64,000 nucleotides of DNA from a virus (IMGVR_UViG_3300021431_000076:128001-192000), one strand, 5' to 3'. Shown: positions 1-10,044, numbered from the stretch's first letter. The notes: generated by a model from the sequence alone, not told the origin. Made by a program: numbers and translations.

Positions 1-378
1 ACTATTCAGATTTGGAATAATAGAGGTAATAACTCTACTGCTCTAGCTGATCTTAGAGATGCTTCTATTACATCTCTAGACACTAATGGTGGTAGCACTT
101 CTGATCCAGTATCAGGTAAATGGCTAAAAGTAAACTGCCCAAATCTTTCTGAACAATCAGGTACTTGGACTGCTGTTGGTGGTACTACTACTAAATTTAT
201 TCGTGGTGATGGTGTACCAGCATCAGATGGTAATATTATTAGAGGTACTGCTAATCCTGGTTCTTCTAGTAATACAACTAATTATTGCACAGTAAAACTA
301 AGAATTGATGTTCCTGCAAATGCTACACCTAATACATATAACTTTAAGACCAGAATTAATGGTTACTATGTTGGTTAA
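1..378 (+). CDS. 5'-truncated virion-type beta-rich protein, paralog of 393..863
   Basis: Frame 1 is open from base 1 (TIQIWNNRG...KTRINGYYVG*). It aligns with the next ORF at IWNN, DLRD, KW, W..GGTTTK, C.vKLRI and FK.R..GYY. Confidence 0.8.
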   Translation, partial: TIQIWNNRGNNSTALADLRDASITSLDTNGGSTSDPVSGKWLKVNCPNLSEQSGTWTAVGGTTTKFIRGDGVPASDGNIIRGTANPGSSSNTTNYCTVKLRIDVPANATPNTYNFKTRINGYYVG

Positions 379-392
379 TGGAGGTGACTTAA

Positions 393-863
393 ATGGGTCC
401 ATTAATCGGAATTTTTGATGAAACCAACACAGCTGTTCAAGCAACATGGAATGTTGGAATTGTCAGAGCTCAAATTCCATCTGAAGAATTGACTATTAAT
501 ATTTGGAATAATAAAACTGGTACTGATGATGTGTCTGATCTTAGAGATCCTATGTTAGCAGTATTAGATTCTAATGGTCTAACAGCAAATACTCCAATTC
601 CACAAGATAAATGGGTACAGGTTAATGTAGAATCAGTTGATGGTAATACAACTACTTGGACTCCTATTGGTGGTACTACTACTAAATTACTAAGAGCTAA
701 TAGTGGTGTAATTACAGATGTTATTAAAGGTACTATGAACAATGGTGATCCCTTACTATATCCACAAAATGTATGTACTGCTAAATTAAGAATTGTTGCT
801 CCAATCAATTCTATTCCTGGAGATTTTACATTTAAAATTAGACTTACTGGTTATTATACCTAA
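393..863 (+). CDS. hypothetical structural protein (tandem paralog)
   Basis: GGAGGT SD; 156 aa, Thr/Gly/Asn-rich; paralog of the upstream ORF. Confidence 0.75.
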   Translation: MGPLIGIFDETNTAVQATWNVGIVRAQIPSEELTINIWNNKTGTDDVSDLRDPMLAVLDSNGLTANTPIPQDKWVQVNVESVDGNTTTWTPIGGTTTKLLRANSGVITDVIKGTMNNGDPLLYPQNVCTAKLRIVAPINSIPGDFTFKIRLTGYYT

Positions 864-866
864 TAC

Positions 867-898
867 AATCCTCTACCCATAACGGGTAGAGGATTTTT
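867..898 (+). terminator. intrinsic terminator
   Basis: AATCCTCTACCC/GGGTAGAGGATT hairpin followed by a T-run. Confidence 0.85.
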
Positions 899-953
899 AA
901 TTATTGTGCAAACTTTTATATAATCGTTAATTATTTATAGGGGGTAATTTAAT

Positions 954-1646
954 ATGTTAGAAGTTTGTCATTCTCCATTAGAAGCAGAGGGTCAGAATTA
1001 TATTTGGTTTGCTATTACTAAAGATGGTAAAAGTATTTATGAATATAATGATAACTGGGAAAAGAAGGATTTTACTACAGATGTATATGAACCAAGATAT
1101 TTTATGAATACTTTGGGTCTTATGGGAAAAGGTTCTCTTTATACTATGGATTTAGATATATTAGATAAAGATGATATAGAATCTAATATGTTTGCTCATC
1201 ATGTTATGCATGGAGATAAAACAAGTTTGATTTTACCTAAAATATTTTTAGCTCATTCTACTTATCCAGTAGAAGTTTATTCTTTATCTACTCCTAATAT
1301 GGTAATCTCTAGTCCTAAAGATGATATCTTTGTAAGAAAATATGTCCATTGTGATTTGAAAGTAGCAAAAAATAAAGAAACATCTGCTAGTGCTATGATA
1401 GACTATTATGCTTTAGGATATTCTAATAAAATAGAAATGAATGGTTCTATTATTAGATATGCCTTGATGTTGTGTGTTCCTAATGATGATGATAGAGACC
1501 CATTTTATAAAATTCAACTTACTTCAACAAAAGATATCACTGTAGATTTATATGCTACGCCACATATATTCTGTATAACAGATCCTCATAAGACTATTGA
1601 ACTTAAAGCACATGAGAGAACTGAATTTGACTACCGCTTAGGATAA
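954..1646 (+). CDS. hypothetical protein
   Basis: 230-aa ORF with GGGGG SD; NACW-N6-TAA motif at 911-923. Confidence 0.8.
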   Translation: MLEVCHSPLEAEGQNYIWFAITKDGKSIYEYNDNWEKKDFTTDVYEPRYFMNTLGLMGKGSLYTMDLDILDKDDIESNMFAHHVMHGDKTSLILPKIFLAHSTYPVEVYSLSTPNMVISSPKDDIFVRKYVHCDLKVAKNKETSASAMIDYYALGYSNKIEMNGSIIRYALMLCVPNDDDRDPFYKIQLTSTKDITVDLYATPHIFCITDPHKTIELKAHERTEFDYRLG

Positions 1647-1649
1647 AAA

Positions 1650-1963
1650 ATAAAAGAGAGGTTTGAGTGGATAGATATAAATTTTGTATACCAGAACCTC
1701 TCTTAACTATTTATCTCCTCCATTTCTTGACAAAGTTTGTCTCTCAAATAATTATCAATAGTCCAGCTTATAGTGCTATCCACAATACTATGAGGATCTA
1801 TTGATACCTGAAACAACACCAACCCCTTCTCCACTATATTATGCTGGGAAATTTCGTTATGCACTACCTTATTATATGTAGCATTAAACAAAGTGTTTGT
1901 GGTCCTATGACGAATATACAACTTTTATTCTCATATGAACTTCCCCTTTATCTATCCACTCAT
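1650..1963 (-). ncRNA. candidate ~310-nt structured ncRNA
   Basis: TATACTAT motif at 1968-1975; 14-bp perfect 5'/3' complementarity (1949-1962 vs 1664-1677); terminal stem plus T-tract; the SD-led ATG opens only 9 codons. Confidence 0.5.
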
Positions 1964-2036
1964 ATAAATAGTATATGTTTATAATTTATTTTACTCAAAT
2001 ATATCCCTGATGGTATCAAACCATCAGGGAGGATTA

Positions 2037-2372
2037 TTATTTATCATATATTTTAATCAAACCCATCTTAGTAACTATACAATGTAAAGTTTTCTTACAA
2101 TTTAAATTTTTATTAGTTTCTATAGTAATCTTATTACCATTAACAGAACAACAACAAACATATCTAGGATATTCCTGTTCAAGATTAACCGTAAAGTTTC
2201 CTTCATGATCTTTAAACGAAATTATCTCTTTAGTAAACGTAGTATTTGATTTAGAGTCATATCTAATTAAAGTAATATGCAATGTATCTTTTTCTTCTAT
2301 AACTTTATACAGATAGATATATAATGCTGATACTACACCAGCAGCTATCATTAGTACAACGATGTCAGTCAT
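2037..2372 (-). CDS. small membrane-anchored hypothetical protein
   Basis: N-terminal hydrophobic helix; ATGA overlap with the upstream gene. Confidence 0.75.
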   Translation of the reverse strand: MTDIVVLMIAAGVVSALYIYLYKVIEEKDTLHITLIRYDSKSNTTFTKEIISFKDHEGNFTVNLEQEYPRYVCCCSVNGNKITIETNKNLNCKKTLHCIVTKMGLIKIYDK

Positions 2373-2773
2373 TTTATCATCTCCTCACAATAGCCATCTT
2401 CAGTTGTATAAAATATTTTCTTAATTCCAGCTTTTTTGATTACTTCCATACATGCAGGACAAGGTCTACATGGTGCTAATTTTCCTCTTTTATCTTCTCG
2501 ATACACATAAATACATGCTCCAGATAAGTCTTCTTTATCTGCATTTATTATAGCTCGCATTTCAGCATGAAGATAATGATGATATTCAGGTTGACAATTG
2601 AATCTAAGAGAGTTATATTTCTTTTGCATAGGATGAGATTTTTTGACATTGACTCCTGCTGATAAGATTTCTTTCTTATAAACTATAATACATCCAATCT
2701 TTATACGATCAAATGTAGAAGTCTTTGAAACTGCTTTAGCAATCTTGAAATAATGGAAATCTCTTTTAACCAT
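2369..2773 (-). CDS. zinc-dependent CMP/dCMP deaminase family protein
   Basis: HAE and PCxxC (PCPAC) motifs; start moved to the ATG at 2773 behind GGGAGG. Confidence 0.85.
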   Translation of the reverse strand: MVKRDFHYFKIAKAVSKTSTFDRIKIGCIIVYKKEILSAGVNVKKSHPMQKKYNSLRFNCQPEYHHYLHAEMRAIINADKEDLSGACIYVYREDKRGKLAPCRPCPACMEVIKKAGIKKIFYTTEDGYCEEMIK

Positions 2774-2854
2774 AATAATACCTCCCTTATAGGAAAGTAT
2801 CCTATGGTTTAAAAAAATATCCAGGATCAATAAAGATCCTGGATATCCTTGTTA

Positions 2855-3025
2855 TTAAACTTTGGATCTAAGAATTTCAAGTACACGAGCATATTGAGCT
2901 TCATCAATTTCTTCACCCATTTGCTCTACTTGTTGAAGCATAGCTTGCAACTGTCTCTGCTTTTCAGCAGTAGACATTAGAAAACCTTCTTTGATTGTAC
3001 GAATGACTATATCTTTGCTAATCAT
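2855..3025 (-). CDS. 56-aa hypothetical protein (not in ORF track)
   Basis: AGGAGG SD; MISKDIVIRTIKEGFLMSTAEKQRQLQAML...RSKV*; AACA-N6-TAA at 3049-3061. Confidence 0.75.
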   Translation of the reverse strand: MISKDIVIRTIKEGFLMSTAEKQRQLQAMLQQVEQMGEEIDEAQYARVLEILRSKV

Positions 3026-3059
3026 TGTTAAATACCTCCTAAATTGTATTATTTAACTG

Positions 3060-3497
3060 TTAAAGATATCTAACCCTAGAACCATCATCAAGGTGTTTAA
3101 CTTTAATAGAATCTGGTTCTATCATAGTCATTCCAACAGTAGTAGCTTTCTTATTTTCTTTAATGGTATCATTTACGTTCATCATCAGATTATGACCTAA
3201 CCATGCTCCTACAATACAAGCAATAATAAACAATACACAAAAACCAACCTTAGATTTATGAAAGATTATAAATTCTTTAGCTTGATCTAATCTATTTCTA
3301 AGAGTTAGTTTTCTATTTGGATTTTCAACAACACTAACTAGATTATTTCCAGCAGCTTGTAATTGTTCTATAACTCTATCTTCTTTTTCTGTACGAAATT
3401 TAAACTGTACAGGTTTGTCTTTAAGACAAGTAAAGTAGAATACAGTACTAAGAACACCAAGAGCAACAGATAAAACCACAATCAAAATCATTTCCAT
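3060..3497 (-). CDS. membrane protein with two TM segments
   Basis: Hydrophobic stretches at aa 3-24 and about 85-101. Confidence 0.75.
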   Translation of the reverse strand: MEMILIVVLSVALGVLSTVFYFTCLKDKPVQFKFRTEKEDRVIEQLQAAGNNLVSVVENPNRKLTLRNRLDQAKEFIIFHKSKVGFCVLFIIACIVGAWLGHNLMMNVNDTIKENKKATTVGMTMIEPDSIKVKHLDDGSRVRYL

Positions 3498-3519
3498 TTT
3501 CTAAAAATCCCCTTTTGAA

Positions 3520-4065
3520 TTATTTACCAGTAGAACCTATACCACCGGTTCTTACCCCTTTTGCATTATCATCTTCCATAGTGAAGTATCTCTGTATAAT
3601 TCCTTGACAGAATTTGCTACCAGCAGGAAGTTTGAGAGGAACACCAACTCTAAATGCTATTAGAATGTGTCCTTCATTGTCACTATTGTTGTAATAGTCA
3701 GCATCAATAATAGGTATAGTATTTGGCATACTAAATCTATATCCAAATCCAAGAGAAGATCTAGGATATAATGCTAAGAATACTTTACCAGCTAATTTTA
3801 CATCAATAGCATTACTAGCTTCTGGTCTTACTAAATCATCCATATTAGCCTTAATACCAGATGGAAGAACTATAGTCTTATCTGCAGGAACATCAATATC
3901 AAATGGCAGTTTAAAATCATACCCAGCTGATTTTGATGTAGATCTTTCAGGTTTTGCGATATACTTATAATTCAACTCATCTGTTCTTGGTAAATACTCT
4001 GTCCCCTCATAATTAAGAGTATTAAACTTCAACCAAGTTTCCAAACTAATCTTTTCAAAAGCCAT
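3520..4065 (-). CDS. dut: trimeric dUTPase
   Basis: Motifs SAGYD, PRSS, IIDADY, Q and RTGGIGSTG. Confidence 0.93.
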   Translation of the reverse strand: MAFEKISLETWLKFNTLNYEGTEYLPRTDELNYKYIAKPERSTSKSAGYDFKLPFDIDVPADKTIVLPSGIKANMDDLVRPEASNAIDVKLAGKVFLALYPRSSLGFGYRFSMPNTIPIIDADYYNNSDNEGHILIAFRVGVPLKLPAGSKFCQGIIQRYFTMEDDNAKGVRTGGIGSTGK

Positions 4066-4160
4066 TTCTTATACCTCCATTTTACAAAATGATAGCTCTG
4101 AACACTACTAGAGTGTTCAGAGCATTGTATAAAGAAATGTTTAGTTATGAAAATCAAGTT

Positions 4161-4235
4161 TGGCCCGCCTACCAAGAATCGAACTTGGATTAAAGGTTTA
4201 GAAGACCCTTGTACTATCCATTATACTATAGGCGG
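4161..4235 (-). tRNA. tRNA-Arg(TCT)
   Basis: Acceptor stem CCGCCTA/TAGGCGG followed by G-CCA; anticodon arm AGGGT-CTTCTAA-ACCTT; T-loop GTTCGA. Confidence 0.95.
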
Positions 4236-4276
4236 AATCTTTTAGACTAATATATTGTTAGTGTGTTTGTAATTTA

Positions 4277-5878
4277 TTATTCATTTATTTTAGAATAACA
4301 CATCACACCAAAGATGATAGTAAATGTTCTAACCATTATATCAATTTCTGGTTCAAATCTTAGATGATATGTTTTCTTTTTGAATTCATATTGTTTTTGA
4401 ATTTGTTCCTTGATATCATCCAAGATATATAAACAATCTACATTAAATTTATCTAATCCTAATGGTATCTTTGGATTATTATATTCTTCATTAGGATAGT
4501 AATATTGAATTTCACCTACCTCTGTTGGACTAAATATTGATTCTGTACTTAGTTTAAGCATATCTTTTCTAGATATTCTCATACCAGCAGCACCTGGATG
4601 ACCTTGACCTAAACCAAATGTACCAAATACATTATTAATACCAACATCCTTTATTATTTGATCTGATGTATATCCAGATGCAGATAATATAGCTGGTTTA
4701 TTAGTATACCGTATTAATAATGTAATTTCGTAATCATACTCAGATTGATCATGTCTTTCCACAAATCTAGAACTATTTCCAGTACCATATATAGCTCTAA
4801 TAGTTAAAGTCTTTCCATTTTCATATTGTATAGTATACTTATACACATAATCAAATTTATACAATAACTTTAACTTCTTTAAATTAAGATCCCATAATAA
4901 CTTACCAGCTACCATCATTCTAGTGATAGACTCTATCTGATATTCTTCCATGAAAGAATCTTTCCAGAATTTGGTGAATACATATACTGTTTGATAATCC
5001 CAGTAATACTGATTCATATATAGAGCTTTTTGATATGATTCTGGAAATCTTTCATCCATTTTCATGTCATATATACTAATCAATGCTGCTATTTTATAAC
5101 CAGTTATGTGCTTAGTCTCTTTAATACGTTTTATGTATGGATGTAACCATAATAAGGCTAATTGAGTGGCTGACATTCTGGTATCTAATACATAAGAGAA
5201 ATCACTAGTAACCGAGTTAGTTTTCATTGACTTTATAAAGTCACCAGACTCTAACTCATTGACAACTGGAATAGATCCAGCATGGTGATCTATCCAAACT
5301 ACTTTATTAAACGTACTTAACAACATAGTCATATACAGAATCTTTGGAGATAGGTCAACTATGAATAAAACAAATTTCTTTTCTGGATTATTGGCTTTTG
5401 CTACATTTACATCTAAGATTAATTGATCTAATACATCATATTCATAATTGAAACGTGTAATATTTACATTATCTCCAAAATGCAATGAGTTAAATACTAA
5501 ACTACCAGATGCATCTCCATCCATATCTGTATGGCATAACATATATACCACACATTCTTTAGATCTTATAGCAGTTATATCACTATCTAACAGTATACCT
5601 TCTTTGTTATATGAGTATTGAGCTATATGATTAGAAGTTTTCTTACTATCAAATATTCTCACAATATTAGAATTAGTAAGATTAGAATTCTTTCTAGTTA
5701 CATAGGTTTCATCAAAACCCATATAACCATTTAGTTTCTTTGGATATTTATCATTCTCTGAAATAACTAGATCGTTTATTGAGTTATAGAACAATTTGTT
5801 TTGTTCTTCTGATGAGAATATAGCAAATTCTCCATTATCTAGCTCAGACAACATTTGATCTATGTCTACATCAATCAC
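4277..5878 (-). CDS. DHH-family phosphoesterase
   Basis: HTDMDGDAS, IVD, WIDHH and a DHHA1-like GQGHPGAAG motif. Confidence 0.85.
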   Translation of the reverse strand: MIDVDIDQMLSELDNGEFAIFSSEEQNKLFYNSINDLVISENDKYPKKLNGYMGFDETYVTRKNSNLTNSNIVRIFDSKKTSNHIAQYSYNKEGILLDSDITAIRSKECVVYMLCHTDMDGDASGSLVFNSLHFGDNVNITRFNYEYDVLDQLILDVNVAKANNPEKKFVLFIVDLSPKILYMTMLLSTFNKVVWIDHHAGSIPVVNELESGDFIKSMKTNSVTSDFSYVLDTRMSATQLALLWLHPYIKRIKETKHITGYKIAALISIYDMKMDERFPESYQKALYMNQYYWDYQTVYVFTKFWKDSFMEEYQIESITRMMVAGKLLWDLNLKKLKLLYKFDYVYKYTIQYENGKTLTIRAIYGTGNSSRFVERHDQSEYDYEITLLIRYTNKPAILSASGYTSDQIIKDVGINNVFGTFGLGQGHPGAAGMRISRKDMLKLSTESIFSPTEVGEIQYYYPNEEYNNPKIPLGLDKFNVDCLYILDDIKEQIQKQYEFKKKTYHLRFEPEIDIMVRTFTIIFGVMCYSKINE

Positions 5879-6213
5879 AGATAGTCACTCCTTCTTAAAG
5901 ATTCATTCATTTCATTTGCTTCTTCTTGAGTTATTACTCCGTTAGCTTCAAAATAAACTACTTGTTTTTTCGGTTTTACTTTAGTGTATCTCTCTGCTTC
6001 AGACTTTATTCCAGTCATATCTATATTAGCATGAATAGGAAAGTTCCTAACTCTAGTATCCACACTAATAAAATTAGGAATGTTTAATAACATTTGAGAT
6101 GCTGTTCTCTTCAACTCCTTTTCTGGTTGAGTGCATAATCTTCCTATAGTATCAATGGTATTACCAATAGGTGTCTGTTTGAATGCATCCCATAAGATGT
6201 TTCCAAAGTTCAT
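5875..6213 (-). CDS. hypothetical protein
   Basis: AGGAGAGG SD; TATACTAT motif at 6244-6251. Confidence 0.75.
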   Translation of the reverse strand: MNFGNILWDAFKQTPIGNTIDTIGRLCTQPEKELKRTASQMLLNIPNFISVDTRVRNFPIHANIDMTGIKSEAERYTKVKPKKQVVYFEANGVITQEEANEMNESLRRSDYL

Positions 6214-6298
6214 AATATCTCCTCCTTAAATAAATACATAGTAATAGTATATCATTATTCAAAAATTTAAAGGAGTACCATTTCTGGTACTCCTGTTT

Positions 6299-8665
6299 TT
6301 AGAATTCATATTGTGATATGTCTACACCTTTTAACAAGCTGTATTTATCATCATTGACTTTTCTCATCATCTCTATTTCTTTAGCAATATCTTGAGTAGT
6401 ATATCTCAATAGTTTTCTATGAGCTGGATCAAGAGTGGAGATACCTAATTCTCTTGGATTTAATTCACCTAACCCTTTTGCTCGTTCCATATTCTTTGGT
6501 TCGGCATTTCTTATTTCATGAGTTAATTCATATAATCCTACCTTTTTGCCATTCATTAAATATCTCTTTTCAGACGCATCAATATATGATAACAGTGGGG
6601 TTACATCATTCATGAATTGCTCTGTTAATATAACTGACTGAATACCAGATTCTCCATTATCTGCTAAGCCATTCAGGATAGTAACTCCCTTCTTCTGAGA
6701 TACTTCAAGATATGGATACTTCTTATTGAAATTCTGCTTCATCTTACTGAAACTTAATCCTCTAGAGATTAGAATATCTTCTAACAATATTGGATTGATT
6801 GCTTTGTTATAAGCTATATGTTCCATAAGTCTATCATAATCTTTATATTTATTCATAAATGAACTAAACTCACTAGAAGAGAATTTTTTCTTTGTTCTTA
6901 AATGGCACAACTCATGTTTGGATAAGAAATCTTTTCTAACGTAATCTATTACTGCATCCATATCTATAAAATACTTCCAATTTTTTGTTCCCATATCCAC
7001 ATGATATAATGGAGATAATGCAGTATACACTCTTCCTGCCTCTATTAATGGACGGCAATATATTAATAAGAATTTTAATACAAGTGTACGAATGTGGGCT
7101 CCATCGCTATCTCCGTCAGGGAGAATAATGACCTTCTGGAATGGACATTTAGAAATATCAAAATTCTTTCCATAACCAGATCCTAATATAGATAGAATAC
7201 CTTTAACTTCTTCATTAGCTAAAAATTTTTCTCTACTAGTAGAGAATGCATTAGGCATTTTACCACGTATAGCATATATAGCTTGATATTTAGCATTTCT
7301 TGAAGTTTCACATGGAGAAGATGCTGAAAGACCTTCAACTATAAACAATTCGAGATTATCTTTATTCTCTGCCTTTACATATCCCTTTGGTAACTTAGTA
7401 AAATCACCATTATTATACTTCTTTGCTACATTAGCTCTTTCTTTATCTGCACGAGATCTTGCTAATGCTACATCTTTTAAGAATGCACATACTTTTTGAA
7501 GATCATCTGGATTTTGTTTAGACCATTGTTTTAATGCTTCTACTACTACATCATGCATGAATGGTTCTAAATCTTCATTCTTACATACATTCTTTGCTTG
7601 ACCGTCGAACATTACTTCCATATGACAAGCAGATACTGCTGCTACTAGTCCAGTAGTAACATCTCCATTTGTTGCTTCTAGTTTAGATCTAGTGGTTGCT
7701 AGATATATCTTGTTCATATAGTTCTTAAAGAAGTCTTGTACTCCTCTCATGAATCCTTTAGATGGAGTAGATTCTATTGTATTTACTGGAGTCATATTAG
7801 CAAAAGTAATTACATTAGCACTAGCATTTATATCCTGAGTGAATATCATTGCTATATCTGCTTTCATTACTCCAGTATCTTGGAATATCATAATAGGTTT
7901 AATCATTGGTTTCTTAGTCATTCTCATAAGATATGTAAGAGTACCATCTACATTAGTAAGCTCTTTATGAATAACCAATTCTTTTCCATTTGGTTTTGGT
8001 TTATGACCAATGAAGTCTATCTTAGCACCTTGTTTAAGAAGAGGAACCAAATTCTCTAAGAACATCAATACATCTTCACATCTTATGGTTATATTACCCA
8101 TAATAGAGAAGTCTGGAACAAATCTTACTATGGTTCCATGATCTTGAGATTTATTAGGTCTCTTCTCAGGACCTTTCTTATATTTAGGAAGAGGTTTACC
8201 TTCAGAGAACTCTATAAAACCAGTAACAAATCCATCTTTCTTATTATAGGTATATGACTCTACCTCAAACTTAGATGATACTGCATTAGTACATTTAGCA
8301 CCAACACCATGTAACCCTGAAGGATAATTTCCTTTCTCTTTAGTATAGTTGGTTGATGTATGTTCTCTAGAGAAGATTCTAACCAAATCATCTACAGGAC
8401 ATCCTCGACCATTATCTCTTACTATACATCCTCTAGTTCTCTCATCATATTCAACCCATACTTCTGTAGCAAACCCTCTCTGAATTTCATCAGTACCATT
8501 TTGAATTACTTCTCGAATACCATTCATCCATCCTTCATTTCCTATAGAGGATAGATACTCACCTGGATTTTGTCTTACTGAATCTACAAATAGTTCAATG
8601 GTTTTGATTCCCTTAGTATAGGAATCCATATTATTTAGAAATTCTTTAGATATCTCCTTTTTCAA
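6299..8665 (-). CDS. gyrB: type IIA topoisomerase / DNA gyrase subunit B
   Basis: GHKL motifs (EVIQNGTDE, DNGRG, GLHGVG), FDGQAK, TOPRIM motifs VEGLSA and DGDSDGAHI, KGLGE; TTG start. Confidence 0.93.
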   Translation of the reverse strand: MKKEISKEFLNNMDSYTKGIKTIELFVDSVRQNPGEYLSSIGNEGWMNGIREVIQNGTDEIQRGFATEVWVEYDERTRGCIVRDNGRGCPVDDLVRIFSREHTSTNYTKEKGNYPSGLHGVGAKCTNAVSSKFEVESYTYNKKDGFVTGFIEFSEGKPLPKYKKGPEKRPNKSQDHGTIVRFVPDFSIMGNITIRCEDVLMFLENLVPLLKQGAKIDFIGHKPKPNGKELVIHKELTNVDGTLTYLMRMTKKPMIKPIMIFQDTGVMKADIAMIFTQDINASANVITFANMTPVNTIESTPSKGFMRGVQDFFKNYMNKIYLATTRSKLEATNGDVTTGLVAAVSACHMEVMFDGQAKNVCKNEDLEPFMHDVVVEALKQWSKQNPDDLQKVCAFLKDVALARSRADKERANVAKKYNNGDFTKLPKGYVKAENKDNLELFIVEGLSASSPCETSRNAKYQAIYAIRGKMPNAFSTSREKFLANEEVKGILSILGSGYGKNFDISKCPFQKVIILPDGDSDGAHIRTLVLKFLLIYCRPLIEAGRVYTALSPLYHVDMGTKNWKYFIDMDAVIDYVRKDFLSKHELCHLRTKKKFSSSEFSSFMNKYKDYDRLMEHIAYNKAINPILLEDILISRGLSFSKMKQNFNKKYPYLEVSQKKGVTILNGLADNGESGIQSVILTEQFMNDVTPLLSYIDASEKRYLMNGKKVGLYELTHEIRNAEPKNMERAKGLGELNPRELGISTLDPAHRKLLRYTTQDIAKEIEMMRKVNDDKYSLLKGVDISQYEF

Positions 8666-8816
8666 AACTATTCTCCTTTCTTTAGTCAGAATAACTGAGT
8701 CACCAAGATGTTTATCTGTGTTTTAAAATTTTAAAAAAGAATCACAGAGAGGAATAAATCCTCTCTGTGATAAATACTTGATTCAGATAATGATTAATAA
8801 CGTTAATGAGATTTAC

Positions 8817-9842
8817 TTAGTTTTTTGCAGGTTCCTGCAGATTCGGATTCTTCGGTGCTTCAGGCATCGGAGGAGTCTGAGTATTAGCTACAGAAGGACC
8901 AGGCATAGCTACATTCTGTACAGTCTGAGCTTGCTGAGGCTGCTGTACTACACTGGTAAAATCAGGCTGAACAGTCTGATTCTGTTCTACATAGCCAATG
9001 GGATTAGTACCCATCTGAGCTACACCACCAAGACCATAGGTCTGACCAGCAGGAGCAGTATTAGCTACAGGCTGTTGATTGGGTTGAGGTACATACACGC
9101 CATTCTGCTGTACATACTGAGGCTGATTGAACTGACCCATAGCAGGAGCAGCATATACAGGCTGTTGGTTAGCCGCAAAATACGGATTTACACCACCAGT
9201 CTGAATACCATTGAACATATTGAAATTACCACCCATGCCACCAAGCAGTGCACCAAGAGCACCAAAGGCATTATCAGCACCATACTGCTGGTTTGGATTG
9301 AGCTGATAATAATTGGAAGAGTTTTCGAAATACTTCTTTGCAACCTTCCAAAGCTGAGGTACTTTACCAATAAGACCAGCAATGATATAGATCTCTTTGA
9401 GAGCCAGAGGTACATTGCCATAATAAGTCTTAATGGACTGGAAGAGGTCAAGGAAGTCACCACAAATACGCTCTACTTCTTCATCAGTCGTGTTAAGATC
9501 AAGCAGATTCCACTCTGCACCACAGATATTGCACTTTACACGACCAGTGCCATCTTTTGTTTCTTCAATGGAATAATGACCTTGAGTATCTTTATGAGTA
9601 CAAATAGCGCGAAGATATTCTTCACGAGTTAACCGACCCTGGAAACCTACAGGCTGTTTCTGCAATTCTGCAATCTGTTCTGCAGACAAGAACTGCACAT
9701 TTTGAGATTCAGGAGTTACTACTTGTGCAGGTTGTACAACAGGATTCATCATGGGATTATAAATGGGATTAAACCCACCCATAACTTGTGCCTGCTGAGG
9801 CTGTTGAACTACCGGATTTGGACCAAAGTTGTTGTTAAACAT
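8817..9842 (-). CDS. Q/P/N/G-rich low-complexity protein with a central putative Zn-binding domain
   Basis: CTH...CNIC pair flanked by Gln/Pro-rich regions; GGAGG SD; own promoter at 9919-9926. Confidence 0.8.
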   Translation of the reverse strand: MFNNNFGPNPVVQQPQQAQVMGGFNPIYNPMMNPVVQPAQVVTPESQNVQFLSAEQIAELQKQPVGFQGRLTREEYLRAICTHKDTQGHYSIEETKDGTGRVKCNICGAEWNLLDLNTTDEEVERICGDFLDLFQSIKTYYGNVPLALKEIYIIAGLIGKVPQLWKVAKKYFENSSNYYQLNPNQQYGADNAFGALGALLGGMGGNFNMFNGIQTGGVNPYFAANQQPVYAAPAMGQFNQPQYVQQNGVYVPQPNQQPVANTAPAGQTYGLGGVAQMGTNPIGYVEQNQTVQPDFTSVVQQPQQAQTVQNVAMPGPSVANTQTPPMPEAPKNPNLQEPAKN

Positions 9843-10044
9843 AAAAAATTACCTCCATATGATAATTGATTATTAAATCTGGGTATCCGCTTACGCGAAT
9901 ATCCAGATCTTCACTATAATAGTATATAACTGAAATTTCGAACCCTCTGCAAAATATGTATATTTTGTAGAGCTTCCTTTGGGTTCGAAATTCCAGTGAC
10001 CTAAGTAGGTTACACCTTAGTCTAACCTGTTGTAAATTATAATT

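Noticed and set aside
1703-1921. 72-aa ORF as a confident gene
   Set aside because: It has a TTG start without a suitably spaced SD, and the SD-led ATG is in another frame. The region looks more like structured RNA, though a frameshifted gene cannot be excluded.
8778-9632. 284-aa + strand ORF and other opposite-strand or overlapping track ORFs (e.g. 470..808, 7736..8059, 42479..42934, 55379..55951)
   Set aside because: These are antisense or off-frame shadows of real genes, with no SD and odd composition.
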